Below are positions 34,069 through 49,272 of a stretch of 64,000 nt of DNA, in pieces. Made by a program: the position numbers and the translations under genes. A model generated the notes under the pieces. The model worked only from the letters and a program-made list of their open reading frames with translations. It did no database searches and had not been told where the DNA came from. This DNA comes from the human T2T-CHM13v2.0 reference genome, Homo sapiens. The number at the start of each line of letters is the position of its first letter. Position 1 is the first letter of the stretch. Location: assembly GCF_009914755.1 (NCBI RefSeq), contig NC_060928.1. One strand, given 5' to 3'.

Positions 34069-35926
34069 GTATAGTCAATTAATTTTTGACAGTAGAGACA
34101 AGACCATTCAATGGGGAAAGGATTACCTATTCAACAAATGGGGCTGGGAAAGCTGGGTATCCACATGCAGAGAATGAAGTTGGACCCTTAATTATACCAC
34201 ATACAGAAATTAACTCAAAATGAACCAAAGACCTAAATTTAAGACACAAACTATAAAACTCTTAGAAGAAAACCTAGGGGAAATCTTCATGACCTTGAAT
34301 TTGACAATGGTTTCTTAAGTATGTCAACAAAAGCACAGGAAACAAAAGAAAAAATAGATATTAGACATCATCAAAATTAGAAACTTTTGTGCATCAAAAG
34401 ATACCATAAAGAGAATGAAAAACAATTGTGGAAGAAAATATTTACCAACCACATATCTGATCAGGGATTAGTATCCAGAATATATAAGGAACTCCTATAG
34501 CTCAACAACAAAAAAAACCTCAGTTCAAATATAGATGAAGGACTTGAATAGGCATTTCTCCAAAGAAGATATACAAAAGACCAATAAACACATGAAAAGA
34601 TGCTCAACATCATTAGCCATTAGGGAAATGCAGATCAAAACCCAAATGAGAAACACTCGAGTTATTCCCTAATAACTAATGGGCTTTTTTTTTTAACTCC
34701 TCTTACTATTATTCCCAGTTGAATGGGCTATTCTAAAGCAAACTAAACAAAACAGAACCAGAAAATAACAAATGGTGATGATGTGGAGAAATTAGAACAC
34801 TTACGTATTTCTGGTGAAATATGAATGGTGCCTCCCCTGTGGAAAATACTTTGGCAGTTCCTCAAAATATTAAACTTAGAGTTACTATATGATCAGCAGT
34901 TTCACCCCTAGGTCTGTGTTAAAAAGAATTGAAAACAGGGACTCAAACACATACTTGTACACTAATGTTAGCATTATTCACAATAGCCAGAAGGCTGAAA
35001 CAACCCAAGTACCTATTGACAGATGACTGGATAAGAAAAATGAGGTCTATCCGTACAATGGATATTACTCAGCCATAAAGAGGAATGGAATTCTGAAACA
35101 CACGACAACATAGATGAGCCTTAAAAACAAGCTACACGAAAGAAGCCAGACATGAAAGGAATATTTTATGATTTCACTTTGTAAAAAAGCAATTATTTTG
35201 GGTACATATGATTCCACTTTTATGAGATACTTAGAATAGGCAAGCTCAGAGACAGAACTTAGATTAAAGATTACCAAGGGGTTGGGGGAAAGGGAAATGG
35301 GAATTGTTGCTTAATGAGTATAGAGTTTCTGTTCGGGGTGATGGAAAAGTTTTGGAAACAGGGAGCAGTGATGGTTGCACAATGTTGTGAATGTATTTAA
35401 TGCCACTGAATTGTACACTTAAAATGGTAAATTTTATGTTATATATATTTTACCACCATAAAAACAGATTTGAACATAATTTTTAAAAAATTACAGACCA
35501 GGTAACTTCATAGAGATAGAGAAGCAGAAATTCACAGCTGCTCAGAAAATAATCATAAAGCTAGTTGGAAAGAAGGGGACAGGATGTGAGTGGCTGAAAC
35601 CAAGAGGGGTGAATTGGAGACAGCTTCAAGGAAAAGCCTGTGGAGTAAGAAGGGAAAGAGCACGGTTGTTAAGTGATCATCATTTGGCAGACTCCGCAGG
35701 GAAAGCTTTTATGTACTTTTCATTTCATCCTCACGGCAATTGTGTGTGGTACATCCTGTTAGTAACCTGTTTCATATGAAGGAACAGAACCTTAAGTTAA
35801 TTAAGTCACTTGCTCAAGGACTCACCCAGTGAGTGGCAGAGCCAGAAATCAAAACCCAATCTGTCGCTTCCAGAACCCATATTCTAATTTTGTCAATCTC
35901 AACTTTTTTGGTTAAGAACTGGAACA

Positions 35927-36261
<335 letters not shown>

Positions 36262-36326
36262 TTAAATGAGAAGTAATTTTTAAACTAGGAAGTTCTAAGT
36301 ATAACAGGATTTTGCATTTTTTTTGA

Positions 36327-36770
<444 letters not shown>

Positions 36771-37359
36771 CTAAATGTTTTTTGAGTGAAGGTGATGTTT
36801 GAGTAGAATTTTGAGATGAAAATCATGGCAGAAAGGATGGGCAAGGATACCTATAACAACTGCATTTGAAGGCCAAACAGGCTTCTCATTGGAGTGGAGG
36901 GCCAGAGCTGGCCTATTATATAATAGGGAAGAAGAGAGTTGAGGCAGGGAAGCAATTAGTGAGAAATTTGGATCTGAACAGCCTTTGGGACTCAATGTAA
37001 GATTCTGGGAAGGAGACGGATCTCTGGAGAACATGGGTGACCTCACTGTGTAAAGGATCCTTTGGATGGGAAAGAAATGAAAATCGGCAACAAGATCAGC
37101 ATTCTGAACTAGACCAGTGGTTGTCAGGTGGGGGAGATGGGATTTTGACGAGTCAGCATCAAACATTGCCTCTGTGTGTATTACTCCAAAGCTTCCTGAA
37201 TCCCTACTGTACCAAATGGTATCATTGCATCCTCATGGTCCTCACCATCATGAATGCTATTATCTTCAGTCACAGCAATAATAACCACAGTAGCAGTGAA
37301 TATGCTATGAGACCCTAATGGGTGGAAACCACTAACCAGAGCTACAAACAAAAGTTTAA

Positions 37360-37696
<337 letters not shown>

Positions 37697-38170
37697 TAGA
37701 TCCTCCCACCACCTTCTACCCTGTCCTCTGATGCCAGACTCTATTTTCTTAAATGCCACGTAAATAAATAATGTCATTCAGTGTTGCTGAAAAGAAAACA
37801 TCCTAACTCCTTAGCATTTAGGCCTTCCAAATTGGGATCTTAATTTTTTAAAAAATAATTTTAATTCTTTTTAGAGTAGATTTTATAGTCACATGGCTCA
37901 AAAAAGCACCTAGGTATATGGTGAAAAGTCTTCCTTTCCATTTTTATTTCAGTTCCCCTATTTGTTTCCTGTGTGCCCTTCCAGGAGGGCTTCTAAATAT
38001 GTCTTTTTAATGTTTCCCGCACCACCTGCACAGTTTTCCCATCGGATCATCCTGTCTTTGAATGTGCCTTTGCTGTTCTTCTTTCTGCCTGTAAAATACT
38101 CCTTCTACCCGGCTATGAATCTATTAAACCAAGAAATATCCAAGATTTCTCCAGGGTTGTGATTTATTGA

Positions 38171-38383
<213 letters not shown>

Positions 38384-38843
38384 TAAACATCAATTAAGAT
38401 TGGGGGAGCTGACAACCTTTATAAAAACTGAAGGCCTAGTATCATGAGGATGCTTTTGACTGCAACTTCCAGAGAGCCCAACTCAAAAGAACTTAAAGAC
38501 CTGGGTAATTTATTTTAATATTTCCTGTTTTTGAAAAATTTATTTAAAGCTATAAATTTCCTTCTGAGAAATGCTTAGGCAAATCTCAGATTTTGGCATG
38601 GAGTTTTTCTATTATCACCTAAAACCCTTGTGTTTAGTAAACATTTCAGTTTTAAAAAGGTATCCTTTGGTTGTTAACATCTAATTTTATTGCATTATGG
38701 CAGGTTAATTTACACTATTCATAATAGCAACAAAAACTTTATAGGATTAAGACAAGAATAAAATATTCTAAGACAAAAATATAATATTTCTATGAAGTAA
38801 ACTTTAAAGTGCTAGTAAGGGACATAGAAAGGGATCTGGCTAA

Positions 38844-39481
<638 letters not shown>

Positions 39482-40140
39482 AGTTCATGAATTCTAATAA
39501 ATGCACCATACTAATGTAAGATGTTAATAATGTGGGAAACTGCATGTGGGGTATGGGGAACTCTCTGTACTATATTCTCAATTTTTATATGTTCAGAAAT
39601 CTAAAATGATTCCAAAAAATAAAATCTATTTAAGAAAATACATATGCAGACAAAAAGATTCTCATGGAAATGCAGCAGATAGGAGTAGAGTATGGGGATA
39701 CAGAGAATAAACAAGTGGAACAGGAGTAACGCGCAGGGTGCCATGGTGACTGTGTGCCTCACAATAAGGATGGTCAGTAAACAGATCCTTTGTGCCACAG
39801 GTCCAAAAACAAATAAATAAAAGAAAACAGTAAGCAGGCAAACAAAAGCAACAGTCAATTCTCACTCCTAATCTCACTGGACTTGGCAGCATTTGAGTCT
39901 TTTCTTCTTGAACCACCTTATTCGGGTCTCTCAGTCCACCCTCTCCCCACACAATCTCCTTTTGGCTCTCCCTTCTATCTCATCCTCTAAAACAGGGAGG
40001 CTTTTGCAGTTTGTAGTGCTATGGACTCCTTTGGTAATCTGTTGAATCCTAGGCACCCTTTCTCAAAATACGATTTTTAAATGTACAAGATAAAATACAT
40101 AGAATTACGAAGAAAACCAAATGTATATTGGTTTGATTGG

Positions 40141-40142
40141 TG

Positions 40143-40179
<37 letters not shown>

Positions 40180-40266
40180 ATGGTATACACATAGATATAC
40201 CATTGTATATGGTATGCCATATAAATATACACACACAAAAATTATATATATATATATATATATATA
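40141..40266. repeat. (TG)n / (TA)n microsatellite cluster
   Basis: (TG)~14 at 40149-40177 and a TA run at 40243-40266. Confidence 0.9.
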
Positions 40267-40580
40267 CCATTTTGTAAACAGAAATTGATTCTGAGCCCCC
40301 CCTTCTCAAAGCCTTCTAGTCCATTGTCATTTGGATAAACAAAAGTGCTTGACTGTGCCATTCCTGCACACCACTCTGATGGACTTGATGACTTGACATA
40401 GCATAGTCTCTAGAATAGGCCTCCTTTATTACAGAAGAAAATAAATTATATTGAAATATAGTATCAAACATTTAAAAAATTATTACATATTAATATAAAG
40501 GCCTAATTGTTAACTCATTAAACAATAAGATCTAGGAGTCTGCCTACTAACTACCATCATTTAGAAGCTGTAATGAATAT

Positions 40581-40895
<315 letters not shown>

Positions 40896-40919
40896 CATAA
40901 ATAATATTTCATGAGAGAT

Positions 40920-42050
40920 AGTCTCTCAGCCAACCAGGAATAGAAGGAAACTTCCTCAACCTAACAAAGGGGTTCTACAAAAACCCTGCAGCGGTATTTT
41001 ACTTAATGGTGAAAGGTTGAAATGTTTTCTATCCAAAATTGGGAACAACGCAAGGATGCTTGCTCTTAACCACTCGAATTCAACATTGTACTGGAGGTTG
41101 TTAGCACAGTAAGGCAAGAAAAAGAAAAGTCATCAAGAATGGAAGAGAAGAAGCAAAACTATCTTTGCTTGCAGTTAGCATGATTGTTTATGTAGAAAAT
41201 CCTAAGAGAGCTACAAAACACAAAACAACTCTCATAATATGATAGACAAGGAAATTAAATATGGGCAAAAGATTTTATCAGATACTTCACTAAAGAAATG
41301 TGTAAATCACCATTAAGCACAGGAAAAGATGCTCAAATGCGTTATTCACCAGGGAAATGCAATGTGATATTACAATATGTCCACCTACCAGAATGGATAA
41401 AATTGAGAAGCCTGGTAGTACTGAATGTTAGTGAGGATATGGAGCAACTGGAAGTTGCATATACTATGGTGGAAATATAAAATGATACAACTACTTTGGA
41501 AATACAATTTAGCAGTTTCTTATTAAGTTAAACACACACTTACCATTCATAACAGCAATTCCATTCTTAAGTATTAATCCAGGAGAAGTAAAAACTTCTG
41601 TCCATGTAAAGATTTATTCAAAGAAGTTTTATTAATAATAGCTGCAAATAAGAAATAACCCAGACAGGTGAAAGAATGAAGAAGCTGTGGTATATGTGTA
41701 CAAAGGAATACTAGTCAACAATAAAAAGGAATAAAGTTTTTATTGCAACAACATGCATGAAACAATGTGGATACATCTCAAAACATTATAGTAAGTGAAA
41801 AAAGCAAAACATAACATATCGGTTAAAGAAAAAGGCAAATCTAATCTAAAGTGAGAGCAGATCAGTGGTTACTTAAGATCAGGCAACCTAGGCAAGAGAG
41901 AACTTTTTGGAGTGAGAAAAATATTCTTTCTCTTCACAGTGGTAATGGTTGCATTAGTATATATAATTGTCAAAAGTCATTGAACTGTATCCTTAAAATG
42001 AATGTATTTGTTGTATGTTACTTATATATCAATAAAGTTGATTTAAAGAT
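40920..42050 (+). mobile_element. Old L1M(E/D) fragments (ORF2 remnant + 3' end)
   Basis: gaaggaaacttcctcaacct...caaggatgcttgctc...ttcaacattgtactggagg...gattgtttatgtagaaaatcct. Confidence 0.75.
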
Positions 42051-42169
42051 ACTGAGTTTTGAAACTCAAGACAGAGTTAGTTGACTGGAAAGAAAAAGAA
42101 TCTTTGAGTTCTGAGAGCCTAGATGTTTTCAGTCCTGAACTGAAATCCTGGTCTAAACAATAGACATCA

Positions 42170-42480
42170 GACTGGGTGCAGTGACTCATTCCTTTAATCC
42201 CAGCGCTTTAGGAGACCAAGGTAGGAGGATCACTTGAGCCCAGGAGTTCAAAACCAACCTGGGTAACATAGTGAGATTCCATTTCTACAAATAATTTAAA
42301 AATTAGCCAGGTGTGGTGGCACCTGCCAGTGGTCCCAGCTACTTCAGAGGTTGAGGCAGGAGGATCGCCAGAGCCTGGAAGGTTGAGGCTGCAGTGAACA
42401 CTAAGATCACACCACTGCCCTGCAGTCTGGGCAACAGAGTGAGGCTATGTCTTGAAAAAATAAACCAAGGAAACAAAAAA
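42170..42480 (+). mobile_element. AluJ
   Basis: ggaggatcacttgagcccaggagttc and ttgaggctgcagtga diagnostics. Confidence 0.9.
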
Positions 42481-44157
42481 CAATAGTTGTCGAACCTAGA
42501 ACAGAACAAGAGCATAGTCTCGTTATCCCCGGTAGCCCAACTTTGTCGAAAAACTTACTAGGCTGGGGAATGCGGAGAAGAGTTCAATAGGAAAGAAAGT
42601 GAGCTATTGGTTGGAGTCCCAAAGAAGGGGTCCTATATCACCCTTGTGCCCCTTCATCCTCCAGCCAAGTCAGATCAGCTTATAGAGACAAGCTGGGAGA
42701 GTCCACTTGCTTGTGAGAAGTAGCAAGGCCCACAGGGCATTCCTGAGGCCACTGTGGCAGGGAAGATCAGGTGGGGCTCTGGCAGTCTGAGGGATGTCCT
42801 GTATGCTCAGCATGCTTGGAAGAGTGGCTGGCAAAAGCCTGAGAACAGGAGATCTGGAGGGGCCTCACAGCTAGGAAGCGGGGAGACTATTATATCAGTG
42901 GCTGCAGCATAGGCTGCGTGGTTGGAGATACCATTGAGGAGACAGCAACAGTGGACAACCAAAAGGGAATTTATTTTGGTGGATGCTAACATGAAGGGGT
43001 TGATGACAGAGCAATGGCACTGATGCCGTGAGCCCACAGAAGCCTTGTGGAACTAACTTGCCACTTCAGGGACAAGGCTGTGGGTGGGGAATGAAGGCAG
43101 GGAAAAAATTCATTTGAAAAATGCTCTTTTGGCCTCTCTTGGAGTAGCCTGGCTTTTGTCTCTGCTAACACATCAGACCAGCCCTGTCCTCCCCAGGATT
43201 CTCTGGGGACTCTGAGATGTGGTGTAGGGGACAGATTGGATCCCTAATTTGCTGCCGACCTCCTTTCTGCAAACTCTTTGGGCTAGATCAATGTGAGCGC
43301 TGCAAGGTGTAAGCAAGGGAAGCCATCATCGATAGCACACCATTTCCACTTTCATTCTGAACTCTTAACTGACACATTTACAGAACCTCTTACAAAAATG
43401 AAAAGTTCAAATATCCCTCTGTTGTAAAGAAACAAGATGGGCCCAGTGGAATAGTCCATCTTGTTTCTTTACTCTTTACATTTGGATGAAGAACCACACC
43501 ATTTGGTCTTGGGATCCACTTGAAAACTCTCCAGGACTCAGATTTCTGTTCTTATTTCTCATAAGGCACAGTGTACGTGTGTCATCCTCTGAGCTGTCTG
43601 TGATGTTTTCCACCTGACCACAGCTCATGCTGTGTCTCCCACCATGGTCTGGTCAGGCAAGCTGTGTGTACACTTCTTGAGAAGGCTGATTGTTGTGAAA
43701 ACCTTTGCCACAGAAACAAAAACGAGGGGCTGCCTCTTTCAGATACATTCGCCAGCAGCTTTTCTCTTATGACCTCTGGAACACAATTGCATCAACTCAG
43801 ACATGTGACTGGGCAGAAATACCAGCTCAAAGACCATCTGGTTAAGAATGAGGCATACTTCCCAGCTTGGTGGATGGCAAAATGTCAAAATGCCCCAGGG
43901 GGATCTGCCTCATCTCTCATTCCTAAAATATTCACAGGCTGACTGTTTCTGACCCAGCCTCAAAAAGGGGGGTTTTCCCTGGCAGAAGCTGAAGTGATCC
44001 TGGCCTCAGGTTCTATGTCTTTTGGAGCACTGTCAGGGGCTTCTGTGTTTCTGGAGCTAATCTAAGGAATAAGTGTTGTTTTAGGACAGTCGTAATTCAG
44101 TGAAATTTATTGATGCACTCACTAAGTGAGCAGATACTGTCCTGGGGGTAGGGATAC

Positions 44158-44560
44158 TGTTTTAGTCTTCCTGTGCTGCTATAACCAAATACATGAGACT
44201 GAATAATTTATGAAAAACAGAAATTTATATTCTCACAGTTCTGGAGGCTGGGAAGTCCAAGATCAAGGCAGGTTCAGTGTCTGGTGAAGGCCACTTGTTC
44301 ATAGACAGTACCGTCCAGATGTCCTCACTTGGCAGAAGGGACAGAAGAGCGAAAAGGGGACAAACACTGTGTCCTCATGGGCAGAAGAGTGGAAGGGCAA
44401 ACTTGCCCCTGCAAGCCCTTTATAAGGCACTAATCCATTCATGAGGGCTCCAGCCCCATGGCCTAATCACCTCCTTATAGCCCCACATTTTAATGCTGCT
44501 GCATTGTGGATTAAGTTTCAACATGAAATCTGGAGGGGCACAAACATTCAAACCACAGCA
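44158..44560. mobile_element. MaLR solo LTR (MST/MLT1A-like) inserted in an L2 remnant (~44090-45600)
   Basis: TG...CA termini and ctcacagttctggaggctgggaagtccaagatcaagg. Confidence 0.8.
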
Positions 44561-45164
44561 GGCACAAAGATAGTCAATTTCTGCTCTTAACAGATCAGGC
44601 AACGCGGGGAGGGTCTAAGAGAGGGAGGAAAGAGACAATAGATTAGATGCTGATGACACAGGGTGGCCATGCTATGACAGAGGTAGGTGAGCATAGCAGG
44701 GGAGAACAGATGAGGCACACCTCACCCCAGAGGGCTCATGGGAGTGGTGTTAGTAAAGGCTTTTTGAAGAAAAGGATCCTTGGACTCAGTCTTGAAGAAA
44801 AAGTTTGGAATTCGCTAGGCAAAGGTTGAGAGATTTCCTAGAAGATGAGATGAGATGTGCAAAGGTGCAGAGGCAAGAGAGGGCCTAGGGCACTGTACCA
44901 CCTGGAGCGCATGATGAGAGATCAGATTGAAGATGGCAGTGGAGGCCCAGTGATGAAGGGCCATGAATGTAATGCTAACAGCTTGCAATTTGTCCTCTGG
45001 GGACAGGGAACCATTGGAAAGAGAGCCATTTTGTCAGTGGAGCGATCTTAAATGTGTGCTTAAGAGAATATATGGAACTGCGGGGACAGATCCCTGAGAG
45101 GGAGTGGGAGGTGAAGAATTGGAGAGGCCTTCTAAGATGATGAGGAGTTATATTTGGCAGAGCT

Positions 45165-45188
45165 GGGTGGGTGGGTGGGTGGGTGGGT
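45165..45188 (+). repeat. (GGGT)6, potential G-quadruplex
   Basis: Six GGG tracts with 1-nt loops. Confidence 0.85.
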
Positions 45189-47117
45189 GTGGAGTAGAGA
45201 GCATGGGCCAAGGAAGACTCCAGGTTTCTGGCGTGGGTGACTGAGGACAGTGCTGTTGGCAAACGGGAAGGCCAGAGGATAGATGGTTTGTTTTCTTTTT
45301 TAGTGGAGAAGCTGATGAATGCCTTGAACACACTGAACCGGGGGAACCTGTGGGCCATCACGAGGAGGGACTCAGTGGGCCAAGGGCACTAAGGTCTGTG
45401 CCTGGGACAGAGTCATCAGTCCAAAGATGGAGGTGACAGTCAGGGGAGTGGCAGAGATTGCTCAGGTGTGTATGGGAGCGAGGAAAGAAGAGGCCCACAA
45501 AAGCTGGGGCAGCCACTCTTGCGTTGGCTGAGGAAGAAACTATGAGGCCTGAGGTAGAAGCCCAGGGTGGTGTGGAGTCCTGCTGTCAAAGTCAAGGAGA
45601 ATGCAGTGGTGGCCATGTGGCAAAATAAGGGCAGAAAAGTTTTTCTGAGAATGAATCACAAAAGGAATTGCAGGTCCCTGGAGCTTGCCCTGAAAAGGAA
45701 CAGGGGCTGGAAATTCTGGCCCTCTGGGTGGGCCTCCCTTCAGCAGCCTCTGAGTCCGTTTCTGGAGCCCTGCTCACTCCCCTCCAGGAATCAGCCCCCA
45801 GCAGGACTTCTACCCAAGGCGTGCTGCACTTTATCAGAAGCTTCCAAGGCCAACAGGTGCTGGGAGCGAGTCATGTCTTTTTAGGTTGTTAGAGTGCCCG
45901 TCAGCAAATCGCTATCCTTTCCAGGTTATTTTTTTCCTTCTAGTGTATTCCTCTCCTGATACCTTTAAAAACACACAAAAAAATTTCGTTTTTCCTCACA
46001 TAATTCTATTATCTTAGATGTTTTTCTGCTTTTAAATGTCTATGTTGCTAGCAGAACCCCTTCCCCAACCTTTTAAAAATGTCAAATACACTTTGTCCTG
46101 ATAAGGTAAGTGAAGGTTCAATCAATTTATTGCTTTAATCAGTAAACATTTGTGGCATGCCTGCTTGGTACCAGGCCCTGTACCAGGTGCTGTGGCAGCA
46201 GAAAGACCACCTGAGGGACAGCCTGAGGGGAATGAATGCTGAGAAGATCAGAGGAAGGCGTCTCCCACTCTCCCCTGCCACAGTGCCCTTTTATTTTGTC
46301 CTCCCCAGTTTTTGAGGTGTGAAAGACCCGTACAGCATGGATGCCAAGAGCACGAGATGAAGTGGCAGCGGTTCCTAATCCTTTCTGGGTCTGGAGGAGG
46401 CTATGCCCTGGAAGTGGACTCTGAAAGCAGGTCCCCAATGTGCCTGTCACCTTACCATGTCAATCATAGACCTCCCCTTGCCTTTCTTTAAATACACATG
46501 CAGCTTCCACTCTTTGAGCTTGTAAGAAACAAACAAGCAAAAAAACAACCAAACAAAAACCAAAACAACCCTACACATGTAGGTTCATTCAAAGTAGTGA
46601 AGCAGCAACTTAAGTTGCTGGCAGGGAGAGGTAGGACAGTCAGAGAATGGTAGCTTTCCCTGCTACTCTGCTGTGCATCTCTGGTGAGTCACTGTCTTTA
46701 GGAAATGCAAGCAAGACTCAAAGATGAACGGAGGCTACCATGAGTGGTAATGGGTCAGTCCCAGGCAAAGCAGACGCTTCTCACCTCCTTCCCCATTGGA
46801 CACCTGGTAAAGACAGACATACATTAACATTTCCATAACACATTTTAGTTTATCATGCACTTCCCCCCTACTTTAGTTCACTGAATCAAAAGAGGTAAGC
46901 TGTTGTGGTAAATGTAGACATTTCTTTTAGGTACTAAGGAACGGTTTGAAATCATTATATGGAAAATTAGACTTGAAGTAGTTAAAAAAAAAAGAGGCAA
47001 ATTTTACCTGTAATACTGTGGAACTATTTCCAAAATACATTAATGAATTAAACAAACAAGTCTGCAGAATAACATACAGTAGGATGCCATTGATGTTAGG
47101 AAAAAAAGAGGAGGATG

Positions 47118-47365
47118 ATAATAGCTAATAGTTTATAGTGCTTATGATGTGCTAGACACTGTTCTAAGTGCTTCACATGCATGAACTCATTTGATCCTCC
47201 AAACAAATCTACAAATCTGGCACTATTATTATCTTCATTTTACAAATTTGAGAACTAGGGCACGGAGAGGGTAAGTGGCTTGCCCAGTCATACAGCTAAT
47301 AAGTGATGGAGCAAGGATTTATACCTAGGCAGTTTGTCTACAGATTCTGGACCATAAGCTCTACA
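47118..47365 (-). mobile_element. MIR SINE
   Basis: aatagctaata...gtgctagacactgttctaagtgct...attatcttcattttaca. Confidence 0.75.
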
Positions 47366-47401
47366 ATATTTCTACAGGTATAGCTATATGAATATAAATG
47401 C

Positions 47402-47755
47402 TGATATGGTTTGGCTGTGTCCCCATCCAAATCTCAACTTGAATTGTATCTCCCAGAATTCCCACCTGTTGTGGGATGGACCCAGGGGGAGGTAATTGAA
47501 TCATGGAGGCCAGTCTTTCCTGTGCTATTCTCGTGGTAGTGAATAAGTCTCACGAGATCTGATAGGTTTATCAGGGGTTTCCACTTTTGCTTCTTCCTCA
47601 TTTTCTCTTGCCGCTGCCACGTAAGAAGTACCTTTTGCTTTCCACCATGATTCTGAGGCCTCCTCAGCCATGTGGAACTGTAAGTCCAGTTAAGCCTCTT
47701 TTTCTTCCCAGTCCGGGTTATGTCTTAATCAGCAGCATGAAAATGGACTAATACA
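47402..47755 (+). mobile_element. THE1 (THE1A-like) solo LTR
   Basis: tgatatggtttggctgtgtcccc...ggactaataca with a perfect 5-bp TSD aatgc (47397-47401 / 47756-47760). Confidence 0.92.
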
Positions 47756-48977
47756 AATGCTTAGAAAAAAGGTCAGTCATGTCCCCAGATGTTAGGCAAA
47801 TGTGACACCACTGGTATCCAAATGACTATTCAGCTTTTGCAGCTGATAAATCCTTACTCTCTCTCTCTTCCTTTCCTCTCCAAAGCAGTTAACCTAAGAC
47901 CACTTCATGTTGAAGTCAATGCAATTTTCTGTGATGCTACCTTTCCAAGCTGGGATATGAGAAACAACTATATTTGGGGAAGGGTTAAATACATGTGACT
48001 CTGACTTTCAAATCAAGTTGTTGTTTTTTAAATTTTCCTCAGTCATGTTATAAAGTGATGAAATAGGGAGGAAAATTCAAATGCCAAACAATGAATTGTG
48101 ATTGATGAGAGATGAAATCCCTAACGTTCTTAAATATTTAAGAGTAAAATTAAATACTGTCTGTTATTTCATATACTTTTCTAATATAGTGGCTAAAGTC
48201 TACTTTTCTACATTTTTGTAGTCTACTTTGGTTACTAAAATCCTACAGAAAAAAAGATAAATGAATTAGAGACTGTGAACCCTGAAAATCTGAGACAGGT
48301 CTCAGTTAATTCGGAAAGTTTATTTTGCCAAGGTTGAGGACATGCACCTATGACACAGCCTCAGGCGGTCCTGATGATATATGCTCAAGGTGGTAGGGGC
48401 ATAGCTTAGGTTTATACATTTTAGGGAGACATAAGACATCAATCAATATGTGTAAGATGTACATTGGTTCAGTCTGGAAAGGTGGGACAACTCGAGATGA
48501 AGGCAGGACAACTTGAAGCAGGGAGGGAGCTCCCAGGTCATAGGCAGATAAGAGGCAAATGGTTGCATTCTTTTGAGTTTCTGATTAGCCTCTCCAAATA
48601 AGGCAATCATATACGCATTTGTTTCAATGAGCAGCAGGGTGACTGAATAGAATGGGAGGCAGGTTTGCCCTAAGCAGTTCACAGCTTGACTTTTCCATTT
48701 AGCTTAGTGATTTTGGGCCCCGAGACTTATTTTCCTGTCACATTTCCCCCTTTTTATTTTTAAAAATCTTTTGGAGAAAGAATTTTAGGAGAAAATGAGT
48801 CTCTGGTCTCATGTTTCCTCTGATCTGTCATGGCTGGGATGGTTTATTCCTAGATTGGTAGGTCCTGAGTTATTAGGAAAGTTCATTGTTAGCAGGTTGT
48901 GAAGTCTCATGTCCTGTAAAGAAAAAGTAGGGGGAGGAAGGAAGAAAAACAACAACAAGCCAAAGAACAATTCTGGA

Positions 48978-49272
<295 letters not shown>

